The position numbers and the translations under genes were made by a program. Shown piece after piece: positions 50,130 through 60,108 of a DNA stretch of 64,000 bases; position 1 is the stretch's first letter; each line of letters begins with the position of its first letter. Under the pieces are notes generated by a model that did no database searches, was not told the DNA's origin, and saw only the letters and a list, made by a program, of their open reading frames with translations. The DNA is taken from the IMG/VR virus record IMGVR_UViG_3300032304_001168, one strand, 5' to 3'. Origin of the DNA: a virus.

Positions 50130-51845
50130 TTATTTTGGTGTCCAAAAATTGGGTTCTTCTATGTTTCCATTATCATCCCTATCTAATTCAAAATATTCTA
50201 AGAATGTACGAAGCCACATTGGTGCTCCACTACCATATTTAGCATCATACATTTTATTCAATTTATTTAACTCGTTTTCTAATTTAGATATACTTTCAGT
50301 TCGATTGTATTGTCTTCCAAATTCTAACTCTTTTTTAGTTTTATCAATCATTTCAGTCAAATCTTGTCCAAAATCAATCATACTACCTTTAAGATTTATA
50401 AATGTTATATTACATTTTTCAAAACCAATTGGTAACTTTTCTAAACTAGGATTATCAATTATTGAAACAAATTTAAGTCTTAAAAGTTGTGAAAAATCAT
50501 TAGGTAAAGATTTGGCAATATTTTTAATATTAAGACTCTGTAAATTTGTTAAATTTAATAGTTCATTAGGAATATCTACAAATAAATTTTCTTTAGTGTC
50601 GTTTTGTATCATTAATATAGTACAATCTTTTGGAACTTTCAGTATTTCTTCCTTAATTTTTTCATTTGGATTATCTTCTTCTAATCCTTCTTTACCATAA
50701 ACCTTAATATATTCACTTGTTGCACCAGGATTTGGATTATTTAATTTTATAACAATTTCACGCGGTAATTTACCCGGACTAGTACTAAAACTAGATGAAC
50801 CAACACCTTTTTTAAATTCATCTTTAAAAAATTCTTTAAACTCGGAAAACTTACCATTAGCTAACTCCTCAACAAAATTTAATATGTTACCATTTAATCT
50901 GTCTTTATATTGTCTATAATTACCGAAATGTATTTGATAACGTTCTTTAGGTAATTTACTTTTTATACCAACTTGTCCTTTGTCATCATTAGCCAAAATA
51001 ATATAAAGAGGAGCTTGTTGAATATAATTTCTAAAGTTGTGTGAGTTTTCTGGTGAAGTACACCAATTCGTTTCATTTGAACTAGGATTGGAAGATCCTA
51101 AATGATATCCACCAAAATGTGATGCTGCTTTTTGACCCAATTCACCCCCAGCAGGAATTCTAACCAATGTATAATTACCACCAACTTTTAATATCTCAGA
51201 GCCAGGATAAGAGAATCTAACTCTTGGTGAATCTGGTGACGCGTTCTCTTCTTTGTCAAAAGCTTTACTTACCAATTTACCTTCAAATTCTCTCAATGGA
51301 ACAGTTTCACCCCCAGCCGTTGCTCTTACTGGTAAATTCATTAATTCCTGAATACCTTTGATATTCATTATATTTCTCTTATCTTCCGTTACTCTTTTTT
51401 GGAATTTATGAAATTTAGCTAATAACCCTTTAATCATATCCTCATCTTCAAAAATTTCGTTTTGATAATGTTTGAATGATTCATCATATTCTGGAGTACC
51501 TTTTTCGTAATCACTAACAAAGTCACTAGGTTTTAAAAATGTTCTTAACAACCAATTAACATATTGTCCGGTTATAACATCTTTAAAATCTTCCTTTATT
51601 TTATCAGTATCTTTTGGAACACGTTTACCATCTTTATTTTTTGTCATACCAGCATTATCCCAATCAAAACCTGCTGGTATAACAGTAGTTGGGTCTATTT
51701 TCATTAATTTTTTTAAATCAGTTAAACTAATGTTTACTTGTTTTCCAGTTGATGGTTTCCCACTAACATTAACCGCATTGTCAAGTATGAATTCAAGACG
51801 TTTATCTTCTTGAATTAACTTTTTTAAAATGTATCTAAACTTCAT
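50130..51845 (-). CDS. Leader-bearing protein with NWCT motif domain and C-terminal LRR
   Basis: MKFRYILKKLIQE; ETNWCTS..PLYII..RYQIHF; IPNELLNLTNLQSL..LPNDFSQL. Confidence 0.7.
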   Translation of the reverse strand: MKFRYILKKLIQEDKRLEFILDNAVNVSGKPSTGKQVNISLTDLKKLMKIDPTTVIPAGFDWDNAGMTKNKDGKRVPKDTDKIKEDFKDVITGQYVNWLLRTFLKPSDFVSDYEKGTPEYDESFKHYQNEIFEDEDMIKGLLAKFHKFQKRVTEDKRNIMNIKGIQELMNLPVRATAGGETVPLREFEGKLVSKAFDKEENASPDSPRVRFSYPGSEILKVGGNYTLVRIPAGGELGQKAASHFGGYHLGSSNPSSNETNWCTSPENSHNFRNYIQQAPLYIILANDDKGQVGIKSKLPKERYQIHFGNYRQYKDRLNGNILNFVEELANGKFSEFKEFFKDEFKKGVGSSSFSTSPGKLPREIVIKLNNPNPGATSEYIKVYGKEGLEEDNPNEKIKEEILKVPKDCTILMIQNDTKENLFVDIPNELLNLTNLQSLNIKNIAKSLPNDFSQLLRLKFVSIIDNPSLEKLPIGFEKCNITFINLKGSMIDFGQDLTEMIDKTKKELEFGRQYNRTESISKLENELNKLNKMYDAKYGSGAPMWLRTFLEYFELDRDDNGNIEEPNFWTPK

Positions 51846-51936
51846 TTTTTTTACTATAAATATATCGTGAATATAAAAAGATTATAATTATATTCTTTAT
51901 TAATCTATGGTATTTAGTATTTTTTAATTAAAAATT

Positions 51937-52083
51937 ATGTCACAAGAAAAAAAATGCAATACATGTAAGAAGGGTTTAAGCGTAACTCACATTGGTTTAG
52001 TATCTTTATCTTTTCTTATTTTGGGTACTTCAATATATGGAACTATAATTCTTATTAAGAATTTAGTTTCTATGTTCTGGTAA
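51937..52083 (+). CDS. Small CxxC + transmembrane protein (48 aa; not in ORF track)
   Basis: [33 protein letters not shown]. Confidence 0.55.
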   Translation: MSQEKKCNTCKKGLSVTHIGLVSLSFLILGTSIYGTIILIKNLVSMFW

Positions 52084-53005
52084 ACTTTACGTGTAGATTA
52101 ATTATTAAATCACCATATTCAAATGAATGTTCTTCAGTAGATTTGTATCCCCTTTTTTTAACTCTTAAAGGTTTTGTTGTATCAATTTCATTTGGTAATT
52201 TAATTGATATTGTTCCATTTGGGTGGGGGATATCTAAACTATCCATTTGTATTTGTTCCAAATTCATATATGCGTGATATACCAAATCATTTTCTCTTTT
52301 CTCAAAATTCTTTTCAGGGATAACATATAATCTTATAATCAAATTACCATAACTATTGATATAATAATCTCCATGGTTTTGAAGTCTCATAAATTGACCA
52401 TCCCCAATTCCACGAGGTATTTTAATTTTAACCGAATCTTTCTTTGTTATAGTTGTTGAACCCTTACAAGTTTGACATACTTTGGTATAAAGTTCACCAC
52501 TACCTCTACAAGTGTTACAAGGTTGTCTTACCACTTGTTGAAAGAAACCTGAACCCATAGTTATAGTATGAAATCCAGCCCCATTACAACCATGACATCT
52601 AATTTTTTCACCACCTTTACCATTACAAGGTTCACATTTAATTTTTCTGTCAAAATTAATTGTTTTTTCAACACCTAAGTATGATTCAATAGCCCCGATT
52701 TCCAAATTTATTACTTTTTCTGGAGCACTTGTTTTTCTTTGTTGATGAAATCCTCCATTAAAGAACTCTTCAAACATACTACCCATTCCACCCATATTAC
52801 CAAATGGATTTTTTCTTTGGTTGTCGTATTGAGTTCTTTTACTTTCATCACCCAAGGTATCATAAGCTTCAGATATTTTTTTGAATTTCTCTTCATCCCC
52901 ACCTTTGTCTGGATGATGTTCTAAGGCTAATTGTCTATAAACTTTTTTAAGTTCATCTTGTGTTACGTTTTCACTTACTCCTAGTATTTCGTAATAGTTT
53001 TCCAT
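52070..53005 (-). CDS. dnaJ: Chaperone DnaJ
   Basis: J domain with HPD; four CxxCxG repeats; C-terminal domain. Confidence 0.93.
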   Translation of the reverse strand: MENYYEILGVSENVTQDELKKVYRQLALEHHPDKGGDEEKFKKISEAYDTLGDESKRTQYDNQRKNPFGNMGGMGSMFEEFFNGGFHQQRKTSAPEKVINLEIGAIESYLGVEKTINFDRKIKCEPCNGKGGEKIRCHGCNGAGFHTITMGSGFFQQVVRQPCNTCRGSGELYTKVCQTCKGSTTITKKDSVKIKIPRGIGDGQFMRLQNHGDYYINSYGNLIIRLYVIPEKNFEKRENDLVYHAYMNLEQIQMDSLDIPHPNGTISIKLPNEIDTTKPLRVKKRGYKSTEEHSFEYGDLIINLHVKFTRT

Positions 53006-53039
53006 TTACTTATTATATTTAAGTGTATAATTTTTAATT

Positions 53040-53681
53040 ATGAATTATATTGTAGTTCTTTTCAAAGATAAGAAAAAGAAAAAAATAATCAACAAGTTTA
53101 AAACTGAGAAAAAAGCAATCGATTTTTATAAAAAGTTGATTGCTGAGAGTGATAACGTAATTTTTGAAAAAAAGACTGAGAATGGTGTTGAATGTTCATA
53201 TGAGTTGGGATTACTAAGAAAGAAAACTAAGAACCAACAACCATTGTATATTAAAGATGATTTGGGGAGGCAAATAAAAGTTGAATTGGAAGATGATGAG
53301 TATGAAATAAATAAAATTAAATCATACAATCTTGATGAAACATTTGTTGATTATTCAACAAAACAAAAAATATCAACTAATCAATTTATTAAAAAATATC
53401 TAAAAAAACCTGGTATAAAAATGTTATCCAAGTTAAATAATAAAGTTGTTCTTCAGAATCAAGATTATATAAATTTATTCACATTTAAATCTATCGATGA
53501 TTCAAATAGGTTTATAGACTCTTTACAAGAAAATTTAGATAAAGGAATAAAAAATGGTTGTATCTTCGTTAAAGATTATACAACCATTCATAGAAAATAT
53601 CTTTATAAGATATTAATCGAATATGGATATCCTATTAATTACCTTCAGAGACATTTAACAGCTCATCCTTCAAAAAAATAA
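53040..53681 (+). CDS. Hypothetical protein
   Basis: 213 aa. Confidence 0.75.
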   Translation: MNYIVVLFKDKKKKKIINKFKTEKKAIDFYKKLIAESDNVIFEKKTENGVECSYELGLLRKKTKNQQPLYIKDDLGRQIKVELEDDEYEINKIKSYNLDETFVDYSTKQKISTNQFIKKYLKKPGIKMLSKLNNKVVLQNQDYINLFTFKSIDDSNRFIDSLQENLDKGIKNGCIFVKDYTTIHRKYLYKILIEYGYPINYLQRHLTAHPSKK

Positions 53682-53880
53682 ATTCAATCCCAGATATATC
53701 AATTTTGAATTGATTCATATTTCCAAAATTATCTACTTGAAGTTTAGTGTTATTAAAATCAGTTTCATTTAATGAAAAAACTACTACAGACTTTCCATTT
53801 GGAAAAACTGTGCTTAAATCATCAGATATTTGAGCTAATTTTTGCATCAACCCATTAACACCTTCTTTAGTCTTTGCCAT
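53635..53880 (-). CDS. Hypothetical protein
   Basis: 81 aa. Confidence 0.65.
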   Translation of the reverse strand: MAKTKEGVNGLMQKLAQISDDLSTVFPNGKSVVVFSLNETDFNNTKLQVDNFGNMNQFKIDISGIEFIFLKDELLNVSEGN

Positions 53881-54041
53881 ATTGATAATGGTTTTTGTTT
53901 TTTTGGAATTAAATCTTCCTTTTTATGTTTTTTTATATTTTCAATCAACAATTTTTTTTGTTGTTCTAATTCAAGGTTATCCCTTTGTTTCTCCTTGTTC
54001 AACCATTCTATTTGTCTCGGATTCTCCATCATCTTCTTCAA
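53847..54041 (-). CDS. Hypothetical protein
   Basis: 64 aa. Confidence 0.55.
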   Translation of the reverse strand: MKKMMENPRQIEWLNKEKQRDNLELEQQKKLLIENIKKHKKEDLIPKKQKPLSIWQRLKKVLMG

Positions 54042-54429
54042 ATTTTATTTTTTTTGTTATTGGTTCTGAAATTTCAAATGATAAACTTTTCAATTTTTCA
54101 AGTCCTTGTTTTTCAAAAATCTTTTTTAGTTCATCAACTTTTAATTCAAATAATTTTTCTTTTTCCTCCCGATCCAAATTGTATCTAATAATGTTCTTAA
54201 TATTATTATAGACTCTTTCAGTATCTTCTTCAGTTATTTCACAAACATATGAAAATAATCTTTCATTGTTATTTTGTGATTGTTGTTCAACAATTTTATT
54301 TTCATCAACATATTTCTTAGGTAATTTCCAAGTTGTTGGGAAACTTATATCAAATGATAAATAATTTTTTATTTTCCTAACTGACTGTAAATATGGAAAT
54401 AATGTTGAAAATTCTTTATATAAACTCAT
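53977..54429 (-). CDS. Hypothetical protein
   Basis: 150 aa. Confidence 0.7.
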   Translation of the reverse strand: MSLYKEFSTLFPYLQSVRKIKNYLSFDISFPTTWKLPKKYVDENKIVEQQSQNNNERLFSYVCEITEEDTERVYNNIKNIIRYNLDREEKEKLFELKVDELKKIFEKQGLEKLKSLSFEISEPITKKIKFEEDDGESETNRMVEQGETKG

Positions 54430-54614
54430 AATTTTATTAGATATGTTATAATATATGAAATGGTAAACCCTAAAAATAATAACTCTCTATTGTTTAAAAT
54501 TAACCTTTGTGGTGGATTTTGGAATAGAGAGCTAATAAACCTTACACAAATTCTAACTATTGTTAGAATTGAGAAGATAAATACGAACAAAAATAAACTA
54601 TCTAAACTAAACAT
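54426..54614 (-). CDS. Small two-TM membrane protein
   Basis: 62 aa, two hydrophobic stretches. Confidence 0.6.
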   Translation of the reverse strand: MFSLDSLFLFVFIFSILTIVRICVRFISSLFQNPPQRLILNNRELLFLGFTISYIITYLIKL

Positions 54615-54789
54615 TTCCTGGTTTATTTCTTTCTTTCAAAATTTCATTTCTAAGGTTTTGTAACTCATTTTTTAATTCTTGAGCTAATTTTCTTGCTCTA
54701 GTTCCCGCACTATTATTCCCTTTGAAAAATTTTGTAGTGTCTAATGATAGTTCTTCAGTTAAGATTTTGATTTTTTCTAGTGTATCCAT
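54607..54789 (-). CDS. Histone H1-like protein (Hc1 family)
   Basis: KFFKGNNSAGTRARKLAQELK..LR motif. Confidence 0.8.
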   Translation of the reverse strand: MDTLEKIKILTEELSLDTTKFFKGNNSAGTRARKLAQELKNELQNLRNEILKERNKPGNV

Positions 54790-54846
54790 TTGTTTATTTT
54801 TTTTATAAGTTTAATTTTATTTTTATTGATTGTAAATAGATTAACA

Positions 54847-55314
54847 TTAAATGGACATATTCTTATCCAAGTTTTTATAAATTAATTGTAAAACATCCAA
54901 ATCCGATTTAGAATAGGGTTTATCCATATCAAATAAATCATTAAAGAAGATATTAATAGATGATTTGATTTTATTATCTTTTTGGTTATAAAAGATATCA
55001 TTATAAAACGTTTTGAAATACGTAATATGGTCTCCTTTGTTTTTGAAAAAAAACCCTTCTTTACCAAAATTATCAATTGTTTTATTTAAACACCATTCGA
55101 AATGTTTGATGTTATCATCATCAGTTAAAACTACTTTCGTTTCATTGCTTTGACCTATTTCACCCAAGTATGTTTCAAAAATTAATAAATTCAAAGACTG
55201 ACAAAAATCAGAAAATAATTCCATTTTTTCAGGTATAATGTTATTAATCTTAAACCATATTTCCACGTCTTCAGGTGGTAAAGGTTTTGTTATGTAATTA
55301 AAAAAATTCTCCAT
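54847..55314 (-). CDS. Hypothetical protein
   Basis: 155 aa. Confidence 0.75.
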   Translation of the reverse strand: MENFFNYITKPLPPEDVEIWFKINNIIPEKMELFSDFCQSLNLLIFETYLGEIGQSNETKVVLTDDDNIKHFEWCLNKTIDNFGKEGFFFKNKGDHITYFKTFYNDIFYNQKDNKIKSSINIFFNDLFDMDKPYSKSDLDVLQLIYKNLDKNMSI

Positions 55315-55361
55315 AAGACATAAATCTTATGGAGAATATAATAACAATATGAAAATAGTAA

Positions 55362-56885
55362 CTACTGAGTTTTTCTATTATAACCTAATAATTCTCTCAT
55401 TCTATTAAATTCTTCATTTAATATATTAACTTTTCTTTCATTCATTGTTTCTAATTTAAGATTCAATTTACCCTCATCATCTGTTGATGTTTCATTGAAA
55501 ACTGGTTGAGGTACTCTTTTGTATGATTGGTCTTTAATCTTTTTAAGAGTATTTTTCTTTCTCATTTTATTAAATCTTTCATTAGTCTCGGAATCTAAAG
55601 CATTTCCACCTGGGGCATTACCTGTTGTAGAATCTCCTTTGAAATATTTTTCCATTCTTTTTTCATCATAACCTATTTCATCAGGAATTGGGAATTGTTG
55701 TCCAGCTATTTCATAGTTAATATCTTCAAGTTCATCACTCATTTCAAAGGCCTTCTTAGTCATTTTTCCTAATTCGCCATTACCCTTTGGGAATGTTTTT
55801 GGATTCATATCAAATTTACCCTTAGAACCATCTTTTAAGTAATCTTTCATCTTAGTACCTAAAGACTTCATATATTCTTTATTTTCTTTTCCAGAATCCT
55901 TGTGAGCTTTTTCATATGTCGCTAATCCTACAGGTTTTCCCATTGATTTTAATTTTTCTTCTTTTACGATATGTTCAATCAAATCAATAACCTCATTCTC
56001 ATTTAGTTTGATAATGTCTCCTTGATTATCTAAAATATGATATTCAATTGATTCTTTAACAGGATATGTCTTTCCATCAACTTTGAATGTTTTCTTACCA
56101 GCTTTTTTAGCTTTAGCTAATTCTCCAGAAAATTCGTTACCTTCTTCCATTTCTTCCTCATCAACTTCGGATTTACGTTTTTTACTTTTATGTAAAAGTT
56201 TAAAATCTTCAGAGTCAATTCTGTTATTTTTGTTTTTATCTATCTTGAATTGTTTGCCAACCAATTTTTTACTTTCATTTAAAAAACTTTCTAACTCCTT
56301 AATTTTTTTAGTATCATTTTTTTCTTCTAAAGCGTCCATAGCTATACCACATTCATTTTTAGCATGATTCATTGAGACTTTATCTTTAGATTCTTTGGCA
56401 AGTTTCATTGATGATTTACATCCTTCTACTAAATTTTCTAATTCAAAAGGAGTTGTTTCTTCTTCCTCCTCAGTGTAATCAAATTCATTTTCACCATTTA
56501 AATCATATGTTGCACTTTCATACATACTTTTACTCCCACATTCCATACATTCACCTTCTCTCATTTCACCTGACCCACATTGTTCACACGTTTCACCTTC
56601 AAACATTAAATCCCTATCATCATCCTCATCCTCATCGTCATATCTACGTTTACGTTTACCTCCTAGTGTATAGTCTGAATATTTAATGATGTCTTCAATA
56701 TCATATTCTTCCCAATCTTTAGGATTGTAATCTAATGGGCCACCTTTAGTGAATTCATCATCCCCTCCGAGTTCATCTATCTCATATTTTCTAATTTTTT
56801 CTTTTAACATATGAGTTTTTTCATCTAGTGTTTCATTAAGAGTTCTTCTTAATAATTTTTTTAAATATAAGTCAGTATTTTTCAT
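55362..56885 (-). CDS. Highly charged leader-bearing protein (candidate head internal/core protein)
   Basis: ..RRTLNE; many (I/L/M)xE sites; CEQCG..CMECG; DKNKNNRIDSED EF-hand-like; C-terminal ILNEEFNRMRELLGY. Confidence 0.65.
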   Translation of the reverse strand: MKNTDLYLKKLLRRTLNETLDEKTHMLKEKIRKYEIDELGGDDEFTKGGPLDYNPKDWEEYDIEDIIKYSDYTLGGKRKRRYDDEDEDDDRDLMFEGETCEQCGSGEMREGECMECGSKSMYESATYDLNGENEFDYTEEEEETTPFELENLVEGCKSSMKLAKESKDKVSMNHAKNECGIAMDALEEKNDTKKIKELESFLNESKKLVGKQFKIDKNKNNRIDSEDFKLLHKSKKRKSEVDEEEMEEGNEFSGELAKAKKAGKKTFKVDGKTYPVKESIEYHILDNQGDIIKLNENEVIDLIEHIVKEEKLKSMGKPVGLATYEKAHKDSGKENKEYMKSLGTKMKDYLKDGSKGKFDMNPKTFPKGNGELGKMTKKAFEMSDELEDINYEIAGQQFPIPDEIGYDEKRMEKYFKGDSTTGNAPGGNALDSETNERFNKMRKKNTLKKIKDQSYKRVPQPVFNETSTDDEGKLNLKLETMNERKVNILNEEFNRMRELLGYNRKTQ

Positions 56886-56907
56886 TTTTTGTTTTTTTAT
56901 AAATATC

Positions 56908-57705
56908 TTATTTTTTATTACGAGACTCTAAAGTTATTAATTTCTTAATTAGTTTTTCATCAATATTGTGTTCTTTACTTAATTCTTTAATTATTTGTTC
57001 AGATTTTATTTTTTTATTTGGTTTAGTAATTTTAAGGGCATTAATATCACCTTGATTACAATATGGAAATGTTTTACATTTTTTCTTTACTTGAACAAAC
57101 GCCCCACCAGGTATTTGAGTTTTACTTTTACCTCTCCAATCTTTTTTACTAGTTGACTTAGCCCAAGCTGCTGGAGTTTCATATGACCCAGACGATGCTG
57201 ATAAAGTCCCTTCTTTGAATTCTCCTTTACTTGGTGTTTCTTTGAGACTATCACTAACAAATTTACTTGGTTTAAATCCTATAGGTGGTGAAAATCCGCC
57301 ACCAACAGCGCCTGAATCTGTCGCCTCTTTTGATTCAATTTTATTTGAATTTTTCTTTTTACCTTGACAATGGGCTTTTTGACTAAATCCTTTTGGATTA
57401 TTACAATCAATAGAGTCTTTGTATTTTTTACTCCATTTTTCTAATATTTGTTCTTTAGTTGTTGTAAACACTTTAGTTATTGGTTTATCCAATTTTCTTT
57501 TTTTATTTGATAAAATATTAGTAATATCACTTTTTTTAATTTTTCTTTTAATGATTTCTTCTTCTTTAGTTTCTTCTTTTTTTAGATTTGTCATTTCTTG
57601 GGAAATAGCAGTCATTGATTCTGGTTTTTGAAATGTTCCAAAATCAGAAAATGCTTTCATAATAATACTGTCTAAATTTTTATTTGTTTGTTCTATTATT
57701 TTCAT
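56908..57705 (-). CDS. Basic hypothetical protein (candidate internal protein)
   Basis: ILEKWSKKYKDSIDCNNPKGFSQKAHC motif; CKTFPYCNQG. Confidence 0.7.
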   Translation of the reverse strand: MKIIEQTNKNLDSIIMKAFSDFGTFQKPESMTAISQEMTNLKKEETKEEEIIKRKIKKSDITNILSNKKRKLDKPITKVFTTTKEQILEKWSKKYKDSIDCNNPKGFSQKAHCQGKKKNSNKIESKEATDSGAVGGGFSPPIGFKPSKFVSDSLKETPSKGEFKEGTLSASSGSYETPAAWAKSTSKKDWRGKSKTQIPGGAFVQVKKKCKTFPYCNQGDINALKITKPNKKIKSEQIIKELSKEHNIDEKLIKKLITLESRNKK

Positions 57706-57711
57706 AAAATA

Positions 57712-58362
57712 TTATTCTAGTTTTGTCTTTTTTCTCATTCCTAAAATTTTAGACCATTTAGATTTAAACTTTTCATAATACGTTTCTAATTTATTAGATA
57801 ATTCTCGAAACTCCTTATCAAGTTTAATCATCTTTCCCTCAATATATGTTCCACTATCTTCACCAACAGATAATTCAAAATCCAAATTAAAATCAATTAA
57901 TTTACCAGACCAAACAACATTGTTTTTATATATATTTAACGCATTAAAGTCAACCAAATCAGAAACTTCATTAACAAATTCTTCCATTGATTCTTGAAAC
58001 GCTATTTTTTCGTCTGTAGTTAACATAACATCTTTTTTATCCTTACCGTAAATATATAACGCACCATTAGAGATTTGATAACCTTGACTTATATCTTCTT
58101 TAGCTGGTCTAATTTTACTAGTTTTACCAATTTTAACTGTTTCGTATTCTTCATCATTATCTATATTATCTTCAATGGACTGTCCAATATCTATTTTATC
58201 TATTGGACTATTAGCGCCTAAATTCATTGATTGCATTTGTTGTTCATTTAATATACCATATTGTTTTTTTATCTCATTAGTTTCATATAATGAATTTCTA
58301 CTTGACAACATATCTCGTGATGCCTTTATCAAATTTTTAATTTCATCGTGTCTATTGCTCAT
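57712..58362 (-). CDS. Hypothetical protein
   Basis: 216 aa; ..YGILNE. Confidence 0.75.
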   Translation of the reverse strand: MSNRHDEIKNLIKASRDMLSSRNSLYETNEIKKQYGILNEQQMQSMNLGANSPIDKIDIGQSIEDNIDNDEEYETVKIGKTSKIRPAKEDISQGYQISNGALYIYGKDKKDVMLTTDEKIAFQESMEEFVNEVSDLVDFNALNIYKNNVVWSGKLIDFNLDFELSVGEDSGTYIEGKMIKLDKEFRELSNKLETYYEKFKSKWSKILGMRKKTKLE

Positions 58363-58951
58363 TGTCTAATTTTTTTCTAAATTTTTCAAAATCAAAGGCC
58401 GGACTTAAATCCGTAATGTTCGAATCAAAATTACTTCTAGTAACTATCCCCTCAAACATTTCAACATTTCTAACCTTTGTATTATGACCTATTAAGTCTT
58501 TATTTATTCTTTTTTCTTTTGTTATTTTCCGACAAAGGATTGCTAAACTATTAATCTGTTCTTCTGTGTATTCATCCCAAAAAAAATAATCCCTCCATTT
58601 CCTTTCAAATACCTTACCTTTATAAATATCACCAATCCAATTAACATACTGATTTTCCAATGGTTGTTTTTCTAACCAACCCAAATTTTCTAAACAGATA
58701 ATAACCCCATTCCTATTGATATTTGGTTCTTTAAAATAATTTGTATGTTCAATATCATTCAATAATTGTAATACTACCCCATCTTTTTTAATTACATAAT
58801 TTGGAATTCTATCAAATTTACCATTGTATCTATAACGTAAAGAAACCAAATAATTCTCCACATTTCTTCCTGTATGTGTGAGAATTATTTGGTTCTTCTT
58901 CTTTTGTTTTCCCAAAGGTTTAAAGTCCCCATATTTGATTATGTCAATCAT
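58352..58951 (-). CDS. N-acetylmuramoyl-L-alanine amidase-like protein (Amidase_2; endolysin candidate)
   Basis: IILTHT..NYVIKKDG..IICLEN..YTEEQINSLAILC..IGHN..DLSPAF. Confidence 0.7.
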   Translation of the reverse strand: MIDIIKYGDFKPLGKQKKKNQIILTHTGRNVENYLVSLRYRYNGKFDRIPNYVIKKDGVVLQLLNDIEHTNYFKEPNINRNGVIICLENLGWLEKQPLENQYVNWIGDIYKGKVFERKWRDYFFWDEYTEEQINSLAILCRKITKEKRINKDLIGHNTKVRNVEMFEGIVTRSNFDSNITDLSPAFDFEKFRKKLDNEQ

Positions 58952-59787
58952 AATCTATCTATTGAAACATTAGGTTTGGTGTATGTCAATTTTGATGGAC
59001 GTATAGATTTTGGTTGTTCTATTTTTGGTTCAAGAGGTATTGGGATTATTTCTTCTTCAACTTTTTCATTTTCAATTCTTTCCGACTCATTTAACACTAT
59101 TTCATCAATTTGTTGTTCTTGATTTGGTTCTAAAATTGATGGAATTGGTGATGTCTCACTCATTGGTTTTAATCCCTCTAATATTCCACTATTTCCCCAT
59201 TCATCTACTATTTCTTTTTTCTTTCTACCTCGTTTTGTTTTAGGTTTTTCTTCTTCTTTTTCCAAAGTTTCCAAATCCATCAGTGACACTATTTCCAAGT
59301 CTCTATCATTTTCAATAACTTTTTCAGATTTCTCATATTTTACAAAGAAATGTAAGGAAGTTAAAGATATAATTGGAAGTAATCCTCCACCCAATATTGC
59401 CAACCATCTTTTATGTGATATTATATCCGTTGGTTCTGTTCCAAATAATTCAAAGATTGGTGATGTAAGTTCAACCCAAGCAATAAATAATTCTCCATTT
59501 GGGTCAATCTCTTTATATGAATAGAATATATTCCCCACCATTTGAACGAATGTGACCAGTCCAAACATAAACCACACCCCACCTTTAATCTTCTGTGTGG
59601 CGGCAATCAGTGCTGTTATAGCCCCAATCTCAATTGCTATTGATAGATAAATCGCCCAACTGAATGGGTTTGTTATATCATACCACGCAACAACGTGAGA
59701 TATTGATATTCCCGCAACCAAAAAGATGGGTACAAGGAACATTGAACGAATGGGGTTGTCTTTAATCCAGGTTAGTAAGTTATTCAT
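58948..59787 (-). CDS. Four-TM membrane protein with charged C-tail (holin-like candidate)
   Basis: Four hydrophobic helices; adjacent to the amidase. Confidence 0.55.
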   Translation of the reverse strand: MNNLLTWIKDNPIRSMFLVPIFLVAGISISHVVAWYDITNPFSWAIYLSIAIEIGAITALIAATQKIKGGVWFMFGLVTFVQMVGNIFYSYKEIDPNGELFIAWVELTSPIFELFGTEPTDIISHKRWLAILGGGLLPIISLTSLHFFVKYEKSEKVIENDRDLEIVSLMDLETLEKEEEKPKTKRGRKKKEIVDEWGNSGILEGLKPMSETSPIPSILEPNQEQQIDEIVLNESERIENEKVEEEIIPIPLEPKIEQPKSIRPSKLTYTKPNVSIDRL

Positions 59788-60074
59788 TATTTGTTTTCTA
59801 ATTCTTTACGAATCTCAGTTTGACGTTCTTTATCCATCATACGTCTATCAGTAGATTCAATCATTCTTAATTCAGTTTTCAATCCTTCAACTTTGATTTC
59901 TTTTTTCAAATCATTCTTCAATGTTTTGATTTCAGTTTTCAAACTATCAAATTGGTCACTTATTTTTTTCTCACTTCTTCGTTTACTCATACCACTAGAA
60001 CAAGTACTGGTTACGATTAAAACAACCAAAAGTATTAATCCATATTTTTCTATAAAATCCGTTACTTTTTTCAT
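59787..60074 (-). CDS. Membrane-anchored coiled-coil protein (spanin-like candidate)
   Basis: Hydrophobic N-terminus ending TSTC; coiled coil. Confidence 0.5.
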   Translation of the reverse strand: MKKVTDFIEKYGLILLVVLIVTSTCSSGMSKRRSEKKISDQFDSLKTEIKTLKNDLKKEIKVEGLKTELRMIESTDRRMMDKERQTEIRKELENK

Positions 60075-60108
60075 ATTCTTTATTTTATAAATATTAGTTT
60101 ATTATTTA

